Assembly (NCBI GenBank): GCA_964618765.1
Contig: CAZUDZ010000001.1
Location: 69,826 to 133,825, forward strand
Origin: an uncultured Candidatus Saccharibacteria bacterium
Lineage (GTDB): Bacteria; Patescibacteriota; Dojkabacteria; SC72
Direction: 5' to 3'
DNA: 64,000 bases
Shown piece by piece: positions 30,275 through 38,688 of this stretch. The position numbers and the translations under genes were made by a program. Numbering within the stretch: the first letter of the stretch is position 1; the number at the start of each line of letters is the position of its first letter. The notes under the pieces are model-generated. The model saw only the letters and a program-made list of their open reading frames with translations, ran no database searches and had not been told where the DNA came from.

Positions 30275-30556
30275 GGGTCAGACCCACCTCCGACCCTTGT
30301 TCTTGTAATCCCTCTGTTTTTTGCATTTCCTTTGGATGAGGGTCAGACCCACCTCCGACCCTTGTTCTTGTAATCCCTCTGTTTTTTGCATTTCCTTTGG
30401 ATGAGGGTCAGACCCACCTCCAACCCCTGTTCTTGTAATTCCTCTGCTTTTTGCATTTCCTTTGGATAAGGGTCAGACCCACCTCCGACCCTTGTTCTTG
30501 TAATTCCTCTGCTCTTTGCATTTCCTTTGGGTGGGGGTCAGACCCGTGTCAGACCC
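30275..30556. repeat. Tandem array of four 65-bp units plus partial, each with GGGTCAGACCC palindrome (REP-like)
   Basis: Unit starts at 30275, 30340, 30405, 30470 and 30535; copies are near-identical. Confidence 0.92.
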
Positions 30557-30570
30557 TGAGGTGAAGGGGT

Positions 30571-31542
30571 ATGGTAGAATTGGGTGTGAACATATATCAA
30601 AAGATAAAGGAAGAACAGGGGTATATCTCAGCTCTTGCTCCGATGGAGGGCGTGACGGATTCTGTTTTTAGGCAGATCCTTTGTGAGATTGGTAGACCTT
30701 CTCTTCTTTTCACAGAGTTTCTCAATGTGGAAGGGTTTTGTTCTAAAGGAAGAGATGAGGTGATGCATCGGTTGAAATTTGTTAAGAAAGAGAGACCCAT
30801 TGTCGTACAACTCTGGGGTAATTCTGTTCAGCAGTATATTGAAACTTGTAAATATCTCAAAACCCTACAACCAGACGGCATAGATATCAATATGGGTTGC
30901 TCTGTTAGAGATGTTCTTTCCAGTGGCAGGTGCTCTGCATTAATAAATGAGAAAGGGCTAGTTATGGATATAATAGAGGCAGTGCAAGGAGAGATAGGTG
31001 ATATCCCTCTTAGTGTTAAAACCAGGTTGGGCTATGATCAGGTTGATATCGAGGGCTGGATAGGATTTCTCTTAAAATTTAATTTAAGTCTGATTACAAT
31101 TCACGGGAGAATCTCAAAAGAGGGCTACTCTACTCCGTCTAGGTGGGAAGAGATAGGAGAATGTGCCAGATTAAGAGACGAGTTATCTACGGAAACAATG
31201 ATAATTGGTAATGGAGATGTGAAGAGTTTGGAACAAGGGGAGAGATATGTGAAGAAGTATGGTGTGGACGGTTTTATGGTAGGAAGAGGTATAATGAATA
31301 ATCCTTGGTTTTTTGCAAAGAAAGCTGAAGATGAAATAACAGAAAGGGAAAGAATAGATATTCTAATTAAGCATTTAAAGCTTTTTGAGAAGATGTGGGG
31401 CAACCAAAAACCTTTTAATACTCAGAAGAAATATATTAAAGCATATATTAAAGGCTTTAGTGGAGCTAATGAATTGAGGAAGAGATTAATGGGGGTTGAT
31501 AGTGTAGATGAAGCAGTAGGATTATTAAAAGCCATGATTTAA
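30571..31542 (+). CDS. tRNA-dihydrouridine synthase (Dus family)
   Basis: LAPMEGVTD, IDINMGC, SVKTRLG, IHGR, GNGDV, MVGRG. Confidence 0.93.
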   Translation: MVELGVNIYQKIKEEQGYISALAPMEGVTDSVFRQILCEIGRPSLLFTEFLNVEGFCSKGRDEVMHRLKFVKKERPIVVQLWGNSVQQYIETCKYLKTLQPDGIDINMGCSVRDVLSSGRCSALINEKGLVMDIIEAVQGEIGDIPLSVKTRLGYDQVDIEGWIGFLLKFNLSLITIHGRISKEGYSTPSRWEEIGECARLRDELSTETMIIGNGDVKSLEQGERYVKKYGVDGFMVGRGIMNNPWFFAKKAEDEITERERIDILIKHLKLFEKMWGNQKPFNTQKKYIKAYIKGFSGANELRKRLMGVDSVDEAVGLLKAMI

Positions 31543-31578
31543 ACCTGTTAAGTTTATGTATATTATTAAAATAATAAT

Positions 31579-32286
31579 ATGGAAAGAATAGAACAAGCTT
31601 GGTATACTGATTCTTCTGCAGATTTATATCCTGAAGAGATGAATAGTAGATCTGTCGAAGAGGGATCAGATATTAAGGAGAAAGAATCAAATATTACCTA
31701 TCGAGCAATTCCTGTGAATTCTTTCTTAAAAGCTACAGAGGAAATACTTATGTTTGCTGATTGGAGTACTCTTTGCATGGTAGATATAGATGGAGTATTA
31801 ATTAAGGAGAAGATTACGAAATTCCCAGGAGTATGTCACTTTGTAAATCCTACTGTAGCTACTGAAGTAGAAGATTCTTTGAAGCTACTAATTTCCATCT
31901 TAGGTGAAGATGCCCTTTGTATTACTACAAATCGAAATGAGAAAGTCAAAATAGCTTGGAGTAGTAATATAATTGTGGATACGGTCCAAGATCTTTTAGA
32001 GAGGATAGGTTTCGCTAATATTAAAATGTTTACCCATCTGAACAAACAAATACCAAACACATCAAAAAGAAAGAGAAGTACTCTTGTTGCTCATTATGTC
32101 AATTATGTCAGAGAGGAAGGTATAGACAAAAGGTTAAAGCTGTGTGTGATACAGGATAGCGATATTGTTACTTTAGATAGAAGAGTTTTTCCTAAAGAGA
32201 TTGCCAAGAAGGTGCAGCAAAAGATTAAACAGGATTTAGGGAGAGATATTGGTGTGGATATTCTAGATTATGTTTTAAAAGCGTAA
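31579..32286 (+). CDS. HAD-superfamily-like protein
   Basis: VDIDGVL (motif I), ITTNR (II), VIQDSD (IV). Confidence 0.6.
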   Translation: MERIEQAWYTDSSADLYPEEMNSRSVEEGSDIKEKESNITYRAIPVNSFLKATEEILMFADWSTLCMVDIDGVLIKEKITKFPGVCHFVNPTVATEVEDSLKLLISILGEDALCITTNRNEKVKIAWSSNIIVDTVQDLLERIGFANIKMFTHLNKQIPNTSKRKRSTLVAHYVNYVREEGIDKRLKLCVIQDSDIVTLDRRVFPKEIAKKVQQKIKQDLGRDIGVDILDYVLKA

Positions 32287-32355
32287 TGGAATTAGACCTC
32301 CTGTTATTCTCCGTCTTATAGTATAATTATTTTCTCTGCTCTACATAATATTTCT

Positions 32356-33093
32356 TTGTTAAAAATGTTAGAAAATAACTGGGAAGATTATTACAATACA
32401 TATCGGGAGAAACCGCACTGTTTTACAACCCCAGTAGATGACGCCCCTGTTATATCAAAAATGTTTTCCAGGTTAAACATAGCAGTAGAAGATGCTACCT
32501 CGGCACTTTCGACTTTAGTTGTTGGAGTTGGTGGATCAAAAGCGATAAGGGAATACTCTAAATTGTTTTGGGAAGAGATTTCTTCTCAAGAGGATTTAGA
32601 TACCCTTGTCTTTTTAGATATTAGAAATTTTGATAGTGAGGATAAAGTTACCTTAGAGTCCTTTAAAGGAGAAGCTTTGTTAATACGGGCTGATGGTACA
32701 ACTCTTCCTTTTGAGGATCATTCTTTTAATCTAGTTTTAACACACTGCCTTTTTGAGTGTCTTTCGGATGAGCAGCTAAAGAAAGTAATCAGAGAGATAG
32801 ATAGGGTTACAATGAATCAAGGTCTAGGCATACATACGTTTGCAGATAGCGGTAATATAGAGAGGTTTTTCCAAAGAAGTATGAATAGATTAAATAAGAA
32901 GAGATTTGGGATTGATTTTAATTACAGAGGAGAGAAAGATATTGAAGAGTTATTAAGTAGAAATAATTTTAATTTGGTAGATAGGGGGATGGTTGGGAGT
33001 GGGTTTCGTGAATGCCAGAATCTAACAATTGGGTGTGTGAAAGGGGCTCCCAGTAGTAACAGAAAATCCATGAGAGCACCCTTTATTGTTTAA
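32356..33093 (+). CDS. Class I SAM-dependent methyltransferase
   Basis: LVVGVGG, RADGTTLPFEDHSFNLVL, EIDRV. Confidence 0.75.
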   Translation: MLKMLENNWEDYYNTYREKPHCFTTPVDDAPVISKMFSRLNIAVEDATSALSTLVVGVGGSKAIREYSKLFWEEISSQEDLDTLVFLDIRNFDSEDKVTLESFKGEALLIRADGTTLPFEDHSFNLVLTHCLFECLSDEQLKKVIREIDRVTMNQGLGIHTFADSGNIERFFQRSMNRLNKKRFGIDFNYRGEKDIEELLSRNNFNLVDRGMVGSGFRECQNLTIGCVKGAPSSNRKSMRAPFIV

Positions 33094-33116
33094 GAGTAAT
33101 TAAACAAGGTATAATT

Positions 33117-33650
33117 ATGATTATGGAAGAATACTCTTTTTTAAAAGGAGAGAGCGAGCAAAGAGGAAGTCGTACTGTGGAAGACATTCTTTCCTCGATT
33201 TCAGTAGAGACTTGGAAAGCGGCAAATTGGCCTGTGGTTACATATTCTTCTAAGGCGTCGTTTAACAGAATGTCTGGAAATGAAGTTACTCGAGAGGATG
33301 ATAGGCAAGAATTTTGGTGCCAGATCTTTGATTCTAAGAGGTTTTTCTCTTCTAAAAGAGATAATGGGTACGATCCAAAGAAGCATTTTCTTTTTGTTCT
33401 ACATTCTTTTCGAGGGCAGGGAGGAGATACCTTATTCAAGGCCGTAACAACTTCTGAAAAGTTTTTATTTGACAATGAGGAGTACATAATAAACTATAAT
33501 CATCATGGGAGACCATGTGAGAATCGGGGGGGAGGTTCTTATCCGACTTATGATTTTTATGACGAGACTAAAAATGGCAACCTTTTGAATAGATCTCCTA
33601 TTCCAGATACAGAATGGAGAGAGAAATTTGTAAAAGAGAATTTCAATTAA
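33117..33650 (+). CDS. Hypothetical protein
   Basis: 177-aa ORF co-oriented with neighbours. Confidence 0.6.
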   Translation: MIMEEYSFLKGESEQRGSRTVEDILSSISVETWKAANWPVVTYSSKASFNRMSGNEVTREDDRQEFWCQIFDSKRFFSSKRDNGYDPKKHFLFVLHSFRGQGGDTLFKAVTTSEKFLFDNEEYIINYNHHGRPCENRGGGSYPTYDFYDETKNGNLLNRSPIPDTEWREKFVKENFN

Positions 33651-33734
33651 TATTAAATCTGTTTAGTATGCCATATTGCTCTTCTCTCATTATTCATATG
33701 ACAGACTTATTCTAGGATGTAGGGAATTATTTAA

Positions 33735-33995
33735 TTATCTCCTACTTACTAGTGAGAATCTTTCTACGACCGTACCGTCTTCCATCTCTTTAGTTCCCAT
33801 AAAGTCATCAAAAGTTCTAACCCATACCCTACTCTCCTTGTCAGGCTTGTAATACAGGGCTGTGTAAACTATTTTGTCCTCTAATGTCTCAGAATCTTTT
33901 CCAACAGTTAGTACTTGGTAATAATCTCCTTTAAAGTGTCTGTATACACCACCAATTACGATCGCTCTTTCATCATGTCTTTCTTTCTGAACCAT
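33735..33995 (-). CDS. DUF1653 domain protein
   Basis: GVYRHFKG.YY...DSETLE..VY.ALY...WVR; start reassigned to MVQKE. Confidence 0.85.
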   Translation of the reverse strand: MVQKERHDERAIVIGGVYRHFKGDYYQVLTVGKDSETLEDKIVYTALYYKPDKESRVWVRTFDDFMGTKEMEDGTVVERFSLVSRR

Positions 33996-34116
33996 ATTTT
34001 TTATGTAAAAGATTAATTTGTTATTATACACGAATATATTTAACAAAAGGTGGTAACGGTTAGATAAATATATTAAAATAATCAAAGGGATTAAATTAAA
34101 TTTTTACTGTATATCT

Positions 34117-34524
34117 ATGAACTATCTTCTTTTCATAGTAGCGATCGCTGTTCTTGCATTCGGAGTCTTTAAATTAGTAAAGAGTTTTAAGCTGTCTAAG
34201 AATGGAGTTAAGATGGAGGCAGAAATTATTGAAGTAAGAAAAAAGAGACAGAGTAATACAGACAGTGATGGATATACTAGCACAACAGATATGTATTACC
34301 CTGTGTATAAATATGTATATGAAGGAGAAGAGTATAGTAAAGAATCAAATGTGGGAGTTAGTAGATCAAGGAAGTATAAGGTGGGAGATAAGATGAATAT
34401 TGTATTTATGAGTGATGATCCTCAGAAGTCAGAGGTTAAGAGTTTCTTTAGCCTATGGATTACCCCAGGAGTACTTTTGTTGGTTGGAGTCTTATTGCTA
34501 ATTTACTCCTTTACTGAATTATAG
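34117..34524 (+). CDS. DUF3592-like membrane protein
   Basis: TM-beta domain (YYPVYKY, YKVGD, DDPQKS)-TM. Confidence 0.75.
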   Translation: MNYLLFIVAIAVLAFGVFKLVKSFKLSKNGVKMEAEIIEVRKKRQSNTDSDGYTSTTDMYYPVYKYVYEGEEYSKESNVGVSRSRKYKVGDKMNIVFMSDDPQKSEVKSFFSLWITPGVLLLVGVLLLIYSFTEL

Positions 34525-34732
34525 GGATATGTAGGTGCTAGAGCTTTGTCTTTATGCTTATAGGTAGGACTTGCTACGATCAAGTCAGTTTGTCCAGAAT
34601 ATCTGGTCTCCATTTTTTAACTATCTTGTTCGTTTTATCTCTTCCGTACTTATCCATCATTTTCTTCACATCTCTTATTTCATCCTCATCTATATTAATG
34701 ACAGATATTGGTATGGTAGAGGTAGGAGAGAT

Positions 34733-35014
34733 TCAATTAGACCTTCTCCTCTTCTTAATTGTGTTATTCACTCATAATTCAGGATCTATTCCCGTTTTAT
34801 TACAGAATGCAAATATGAGAGTTAATAAGTCCCCTATTTCTTCTGGGATAGGATCTGTATCACCAACATTCTTTTGATATCCTGGGTGCTCTACTAGGAA
34901 TCTTGCACATACTTCTCCTAACTCTTCTTGCATAACAAGTAGTAGTAATTCAGGTTGTGTGCCCCAACCTTTATCTTCATACATCTCCTTGACCTTTTTC
35001 TATAATTCTTGCAT
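34733..35014 (-). pseudogene. MazG-like nucleotide pyrophosphohydrolase pseudogene
   Basis: MQEL*KKVKEMYEDKGW...MQEELGEV...EEIGDLL...GIDPEL*VNNTIKKRRRSN; in-frame TAG and TGA. Confidence 0.75.
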
Positions 35015-35067
35015 TAAAATAAAGAAAAGATATTAATACATAATTATAGCTTAAACTAGATAGATGT

Positions 35068-35101
35068 TGGTAGATGACATTAAAGAGCACGAGACTTAGG
35101 G
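35068..35101 (-). repeat. Degenerate tRNA-3'-like att site E
   Basis: Plus strand TGGTAGATGACATTAAAGAGCACGAGACTTAGGG; 22/34 identical to site D by hand alignment. Confidence 0.55.
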
Positions 35102-35137
35102 ACCCATTCTGTACAATAGTAATGATATAATTCCTCT

Positions 35138-35980
35138 GTGGTAGATATTAAATATACTCAAAACCTGTATACAAATGAAGAAAATCTTAAAAGGACTGTA
35201 CAGTCGATTGCTTTTGGTGATGAGGACATTGTTATTGATATAGGGGCTGGGAAAGGCATAATCACGAAGGAGTTAGTAAAATATTGTAATGAGGTATTAG
35301 CATATGAATTAGATTCCAAATATCTCAGGGTATTAGAACAACAATTTAAGAACAACCAAAGTGTTGATATAAGGAATGAAGATTTTCTTACTTCTATCCT
35401 ACCCGATAAGGAATACAAAGTATTTGCAAATATACCATTCTCTTTAACCTCTGAGATTATTAATAAACTTACAGATACAGATTCAAAACTAATAGAAGCA
35501 TATCTTTTTGTACAAAAGGAATCAGCAGGAAGGTATATGGGAAAACCAAAGAATACCCAAATAGCTGCTATTCTATTCTCAAGATATGATTTAAGTGTGA
35601 TGAAGATTTTCGATAGAAAAGATTTTAAACCGACACCAAATGTAGATATTGTTTTACTTAGAATTGTAAAAAAAGATTCTTTTGAAGAAGATTTTGAATT
35701 ATATCGTGATTTTATTACATATATCTTTAATCAAACTAATAAGTATGTTATAGCTACATTTAAAAATCTATTCACAGCAAATCAACTTAGGTATATTAAG
35801 AAATATCTCAATGAGAATAGTTATATCAAACCTTCTGAACTCTCTCCGGATTATTATTTAAAGATTTTTCAGCACTTTAAGATTAATGGTCATGGTTACA
35901 AAAAAAGAGTGTTAGGATACTACGAGAAATATCTAGAACAGCACCGCAAGAGAGAGAAGGTTAATAGGACAAGGATATAG
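35138..35980 (+). CDS. Erm/KsgA-family rRNA adenine N6-dimethyltransferase, Erm-like
   Basis: YTQN, IDIGAGKG, AYELD, FANIPF, FKPTPNVD. Confidence 0.85.
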   Translation: MVDIKYTQNLYTNEENLKRTVQSIAFGDEDIVIDIGAGKGIITKELVKYCNEVLAYELDSKYLRVLEQQFKNNQSVDIRNEDFLTSILPDKEYKVFANIPFSLTSEIINKLTDTDSKLIEAYLFVQKESAGRYMGKPKNTQIAAILFSRYDLSVMKIFDRKDFKPTPNVDIVLLRIVKKDSFEEDFELYRDFITYIFNQTNKYVIATFKNLFTANQLRYIKKYLNENSYIKPSELSPDYYLKIFQHFKINGHGYKKRVLGYYEKYLEQHRKREKVNRTRI

Positions 35981-35986
35981 TAATAA

Positions 35987-36020
35987 TGGTGGGAGATATT
36001 AAAAGGCTTGCAACTTAAAG
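35987..36020 (-). repeat. Degenerate tRNA-3'-like att site D
   Basis: Plus strand TGGTGGGAGATATTAAAAGGCTTGCAACTTAAAG; 26/34 identical to site B. Confidence 0.75.
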
Positions 36021-36061
36021 ATTATATAGCACTATATCTTAAGATGCTCTAAAATACTGTT

Positions 36062-36211
36062 ATGAATATTGTAGAGACTGTAAAGAATCATGTAATAGAG
36101 AGATATAATCAGAGAGGTAAGCTTGAAAGTAGTTTTAATAAAATGATTCCCCAAGCACAGAAGATAGTTAGGGACGGGTATCTTGTTGCAATGAAGATTC
36201 TCGAAGAGTAA
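36062..36211 (+). pseudogene. 49-aa ORF, probable internally deleted HD-domain gene remnant
   Basis: MNIVETVKNHVIE joined to KLESSFNKMIPQAQKIVRDGYLVAMKILEE, resembling N- and C-termini of HD phosphohydrolases without the core. Confidence 0.45.
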
Positions 36212-36244
36212 TGGTGAGCAATACAGAAAGGTATGGACTTAAAA
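36212..36244 (-). repeat. Degenerate tRNA-3'-like att site C
   Basis: Plus strand TGGTGAGCAATACAGAAAGGTATGGA-CTTAAAA; 27/34 identical to site B. Confidence 0.75.
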
Positions 36245-36256
36245 ACCGTATTATTT

Positions 36257-37378
36257 TTATGTACTTTTTCTAATCCATTCGTTAAGGGGATCCGTTTCAT
36301 TCTTGTAATCTTCTATGGTAACGGGGATTTTAATTTCAGGTTCAATAACATCAATGTTTTGTCCAGGAAGTAATTCAAAATACTTATATGAGCAATGAAC
36401 TCTTATATGTGAGTTAGGAAGTGTAATCAATTTGTGGTCTCCAAACCTGTTCGGTTTCTGCCCAGCATTTTCACCTACTAAGATAGCATTCTTATTCTGC
36501 TTTAAATAAAGAAGGTGATGTATTGCTGAAGAGAAGGTTTGTCTGCCCATTGCAACATAGATCTTTTTGTCTTCTGGAAATCTTGCAAATAGATCCCCCA
36601 TTATTTTTGTATTTCCACCACCATTTTGTCGTAGGTCAACAACGATAGCATCAGATTCTTTTGCTAACTTTAATAGTTGTTTCTTGAAGTCATCTAATTC
36701 TTGTTTCGTATGACCTTCATTTGTACAGCTATTGTATTGGAATAACAATGTATTTCCAACAACTCTTAAACGATAGTCTATATTCCCAACAAATGTATTG
36801 TTATTTAGCTCTTCTTCCCTCCATCTCAACGGATTCTTTGTCTTAATTTTTCCCCCCTCTTGTTCTGCCATTACAGTCTCTGTAGCATCGGTTGTTATTT
36901 CTGTTGTATTGCCTTTGTTAAAGCCGAAATACCCTAGAACCAAAGGAGATGTCAAAAACATAGGTACCTCTTTCAACATGACTTCTCTATTCTCTTTTGA
37001 GGACAGTCTGGAAACCTCTGCCATGACTTTGTCAACTGTATATCCGTTAATTTTTTGAATCTTTTGCCCAATTAAAGATACTTGTTCTTCGGGTGCCCCT
37101 ATTATATAAATATCATGTTGATTCTCTTTGCATGCTAATAAGGGTGGTTTACTGTTTAATATTCCAGGAACATATGTATGGGCATCTCCTATAAGTGCCA
37201 TAGCTTCTTGGAGTGCTATTTTGAAATATTCGGGTTCCACTTCGGTAGCTTTATCTAAAGCTCCTGTGAGTGTTGTTTTAGGAACATTTCTGTAAAGATC
37301 AAAGTGTTTTTCTTCTAGCTCTGTCTGCAAAAATCGGACATCTTCTTCTACTGGGATTAGTTCTCTCTCGGATTCCAT
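36257..37378 (-). CDS. Peptidase S41 family protein, no signal peptide
   Basis: IGDAHT, VVDLRQNGGGN, TFSSA, ILVGE. Confidence 0.85.
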   Translation of the reverse strand: MESERELIPVEEDVRFLQTELEEKHFDLYRNVPKTTLTGALDKATEVEPEYFKIALQEAMALIGDAHTYVPGILNSKPPLLACKENQHDIYIIGAPEEQVSLIGQKIQKINGYTVDKVMAEVSRLSSKENREVMLKEVPMFLTSPLVLGYFGFNKGNTTEITTDATETVMAEQEGGKIKTKNPLRWREEELNNNTFVGNIDYRLRVVGNTLLFQYNSCTNEGHTKQELDDFKKQLLKLAKESDAIVVDLRQNGGGNTKIMGDLFARFPEDKKIYVAMGRQTFSSAIHHLLYLKQNKNAILVGENAGQKPNRFGDHKLITLPNSHIRVHCSYKYFELLPGQNIDVIEPEIKIPVTIEDYKNETDPLNEWIRKST

Positions 37379-37418
37379 ATTTAAAGATTATATCTTATTT
37401 AGATATGGGATGGAAAAT

Positions 37419-37452
37419 TGGTGGACGATACAGAAAAGCTTGGAACTTAAAA
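37419..37452 (-). repeat. Degenerate tRNA-3'-like att site B
   Basis: Plus strand TGGTGGACGATACAGAAAAGCTTGGAACTTAAAA versus tRNA TGGTGGGCGATACGGGA----CTCGAACCT. Confidence 0.82.
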
Positions 37453-37463
37453 TAAAACTTCCC

Positions 37464-37982
37464 TTAAGTCTGTTTCTTAATTAAACTCCTATCTCTAAAC
37501 TCTATTTCAACAAGATTAGTAAACTTTGTTTTAAAAAATCTACCTTCAGGATATTCTGCAGATTTACTTATATACTCCTTTGGAATATCTTCAAAAGTTT
37601 TTTCGTAATCCTTACTAATTATTGATATATGTTCTACTCCTAATTTAAGATTTGAAATATCTGTATCAGGTTTAGGTTCAAAGATTTCTATACCATTCAG
37701 ACTAATACCGTTTGATAAAAACTGATCTTTGAAGGAAAATATTGATACTTTTCTACTGTGTAAGTCATTTGTAAAATTGTGTGTCATATATGAAGATAGA
37801 TGTTCATAATACTTAGTATATTCATCAGCCGACGATGTCTGAATGCCTAAGTGATCACCTTCAAACGGATCTTTTTTTAGATCTATGCCTAATATAGATC
37901 TAGAGTAATTAATTATTAGAGGGAAATATAGATTACAGTATTCTTCTAACTCTCGTAGGTTTCCTAAATAATATTTATCCAT
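37464..37982 (-). CDS. VOC/YecM-like metalloprotein
   Basis: DHLGI, IEIFEPKP, GVEHIS, IEFR metal-ligand pattern. Confidence 0.75.
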   Translation of the reverse strand: MDKYYLGNLRELEEYCNLYFPLIINYSRSILGIDLKKDPFEGDHLGIQTSSADEYTKYYEHLSSYMTHNFTNDLHSRKVSIFSFKDQFLSNGISLNGIEIFEPKPDTDISNLKLGVEHISIISKDYEKTFEDIPKEYISKSAEYPEGRFFKTKFTNLVEIEFRDRSLIKKQT

Positions 37983-38016
37983 ATGAGATTATACTGTAGT
38001 TATATGGGCTTGGAAA

Positions 38017-38050
38017 TGGTGGGATGTGTTGGATAGCTTGGAACTTAAAA
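38017..38050 (-). repeat. Degenerate tRNA-3'-like att site A
   Basis: Plus strand TGGTGGGATGTGTTGGATAGCTTGGAACTTAAAA; last 16 nt identical to site B at the same spacing. Confidence 0.8.
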
Positions 38051-38053
38051 ACT

Positions 38054-38401
38054 CTATCTGCTTAATTCTATCTCTATAGCTACTACACCATAATGGTCTT
38101 GATCTTCTTTTGGGTAATATTTAGACATATCTTCAGAACATTTCTTCGGAGAATCTTCACTCTCCCAACCAGCTAGTACCGGATCAAACATTGTGAATAA
38201 TTCTTCAAAGCTATCTGCAAGTAAAAGATTTAACACTTTGGCTTTTAACTTGTTCTTTAATAAAGGTAGTTCCAAGAACTCTATTTTATCTCCAATCTTG
38301 AGATCTTTTCTCTTCTCATCATAAAGCCTAATCTCATAAGTTTTTACTTTATTAGAAATTTGCTCAAAGGCCCAAGGGTTTAATTTCATTTGGTGAGTCA
38401 T
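38054..38401 (-). CDS. ASCH domain protein
   Basis: HQMKL...FEQI...KTYEIRLYDEKRK.LKIGD.IEF...YGVVAIEI. Confidence 0.85.
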   Translation of the reverse strand: MTHQMKLNPWAFEQISNKVKTYEIRLYDEKRKDLKIGDKIEFLELPLLKNKLKAKVLNLLLADSFEELFTMFDPVLAGWESEDSPKKCSEDMSKYYPKEDQDHYGVVAIEIELSR

Positions 38402-38429
38402 ATATTAAGTATACAGGAAATCTACAAGA

Positions 38430-38506
38430 TGGTGGGCGATACGGGACTCGAACCTGTGACCTCCACAATGTCAATGTGATGCTCTAACCAACTGAGCTAA
38501 TCGCCC
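38430..38506 (-). tRNA. tRNA-Val(GAC), CCA encoded
   Basis: GGGCGAT TA GCTC AGTTGGTTA GAGC A TCACA TT-GAC-AT TGTGG AGGTC ACAGG TTCGAGT CCCGT ATCGCCC ACCA cloverleaf. Confidence 0.96.
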
Positions 38507-38579
38507 TTACAACAATTAACATTATATTTCCTTTACAAAGCTTTTTCAACGCCCATATATTATGTATAATCATATAGTT

Positions 38580-38687
38580 ATGAGCAAACAGAACTTAACA
38601 AATGAGGAAAAAGTATTTCTTGAAACAATTTTAAAGAAAACTATGAGTCAGTACAAAGAAACCATATTAAAACTACAAAACTCTTAA
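38580..38687 (+). CDS. 35-aa putative antitoxin for Doc
   Basis: Manual translation MSKQNLTNEEKVFLETILKKTMSQYKETILKLQNS; TATAAT upstream; stop 1 bp before doc. Confidence 0.65.
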   Translation: MSKQNLTNEEKVFLETILKKTMSQYKETILKLQNS

Positions 38688-38688
38688 T

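Noticed and set aside
30275-30556. CRISPR array
   Set aside because: Whole 65-bp units are near-identical, so there are no unique spacers, and no cas genes are present.
34709-34745. Sixth att-like site (TGGTAGAGGTAGGAGAGATTCAA) next to the MazG-like stop
   Set aside because: The position fits the pattern, but similarity and spacing to the consensus are too weak to call without a PWM.
34733-35014. Stop-codon recoding (code 25/4) suggested by in-frame TGA/TAG
   Set aside because: All core genes translate full-length under code 11 and TAG ends many genes; a pseudogene is the simpler explanation.
35068-38050. Classical integron attC sites
   Set aside because: The sites lack RYYYAAC...GTTRRRY inverted ends and long hairpins, and no intI is in the window.
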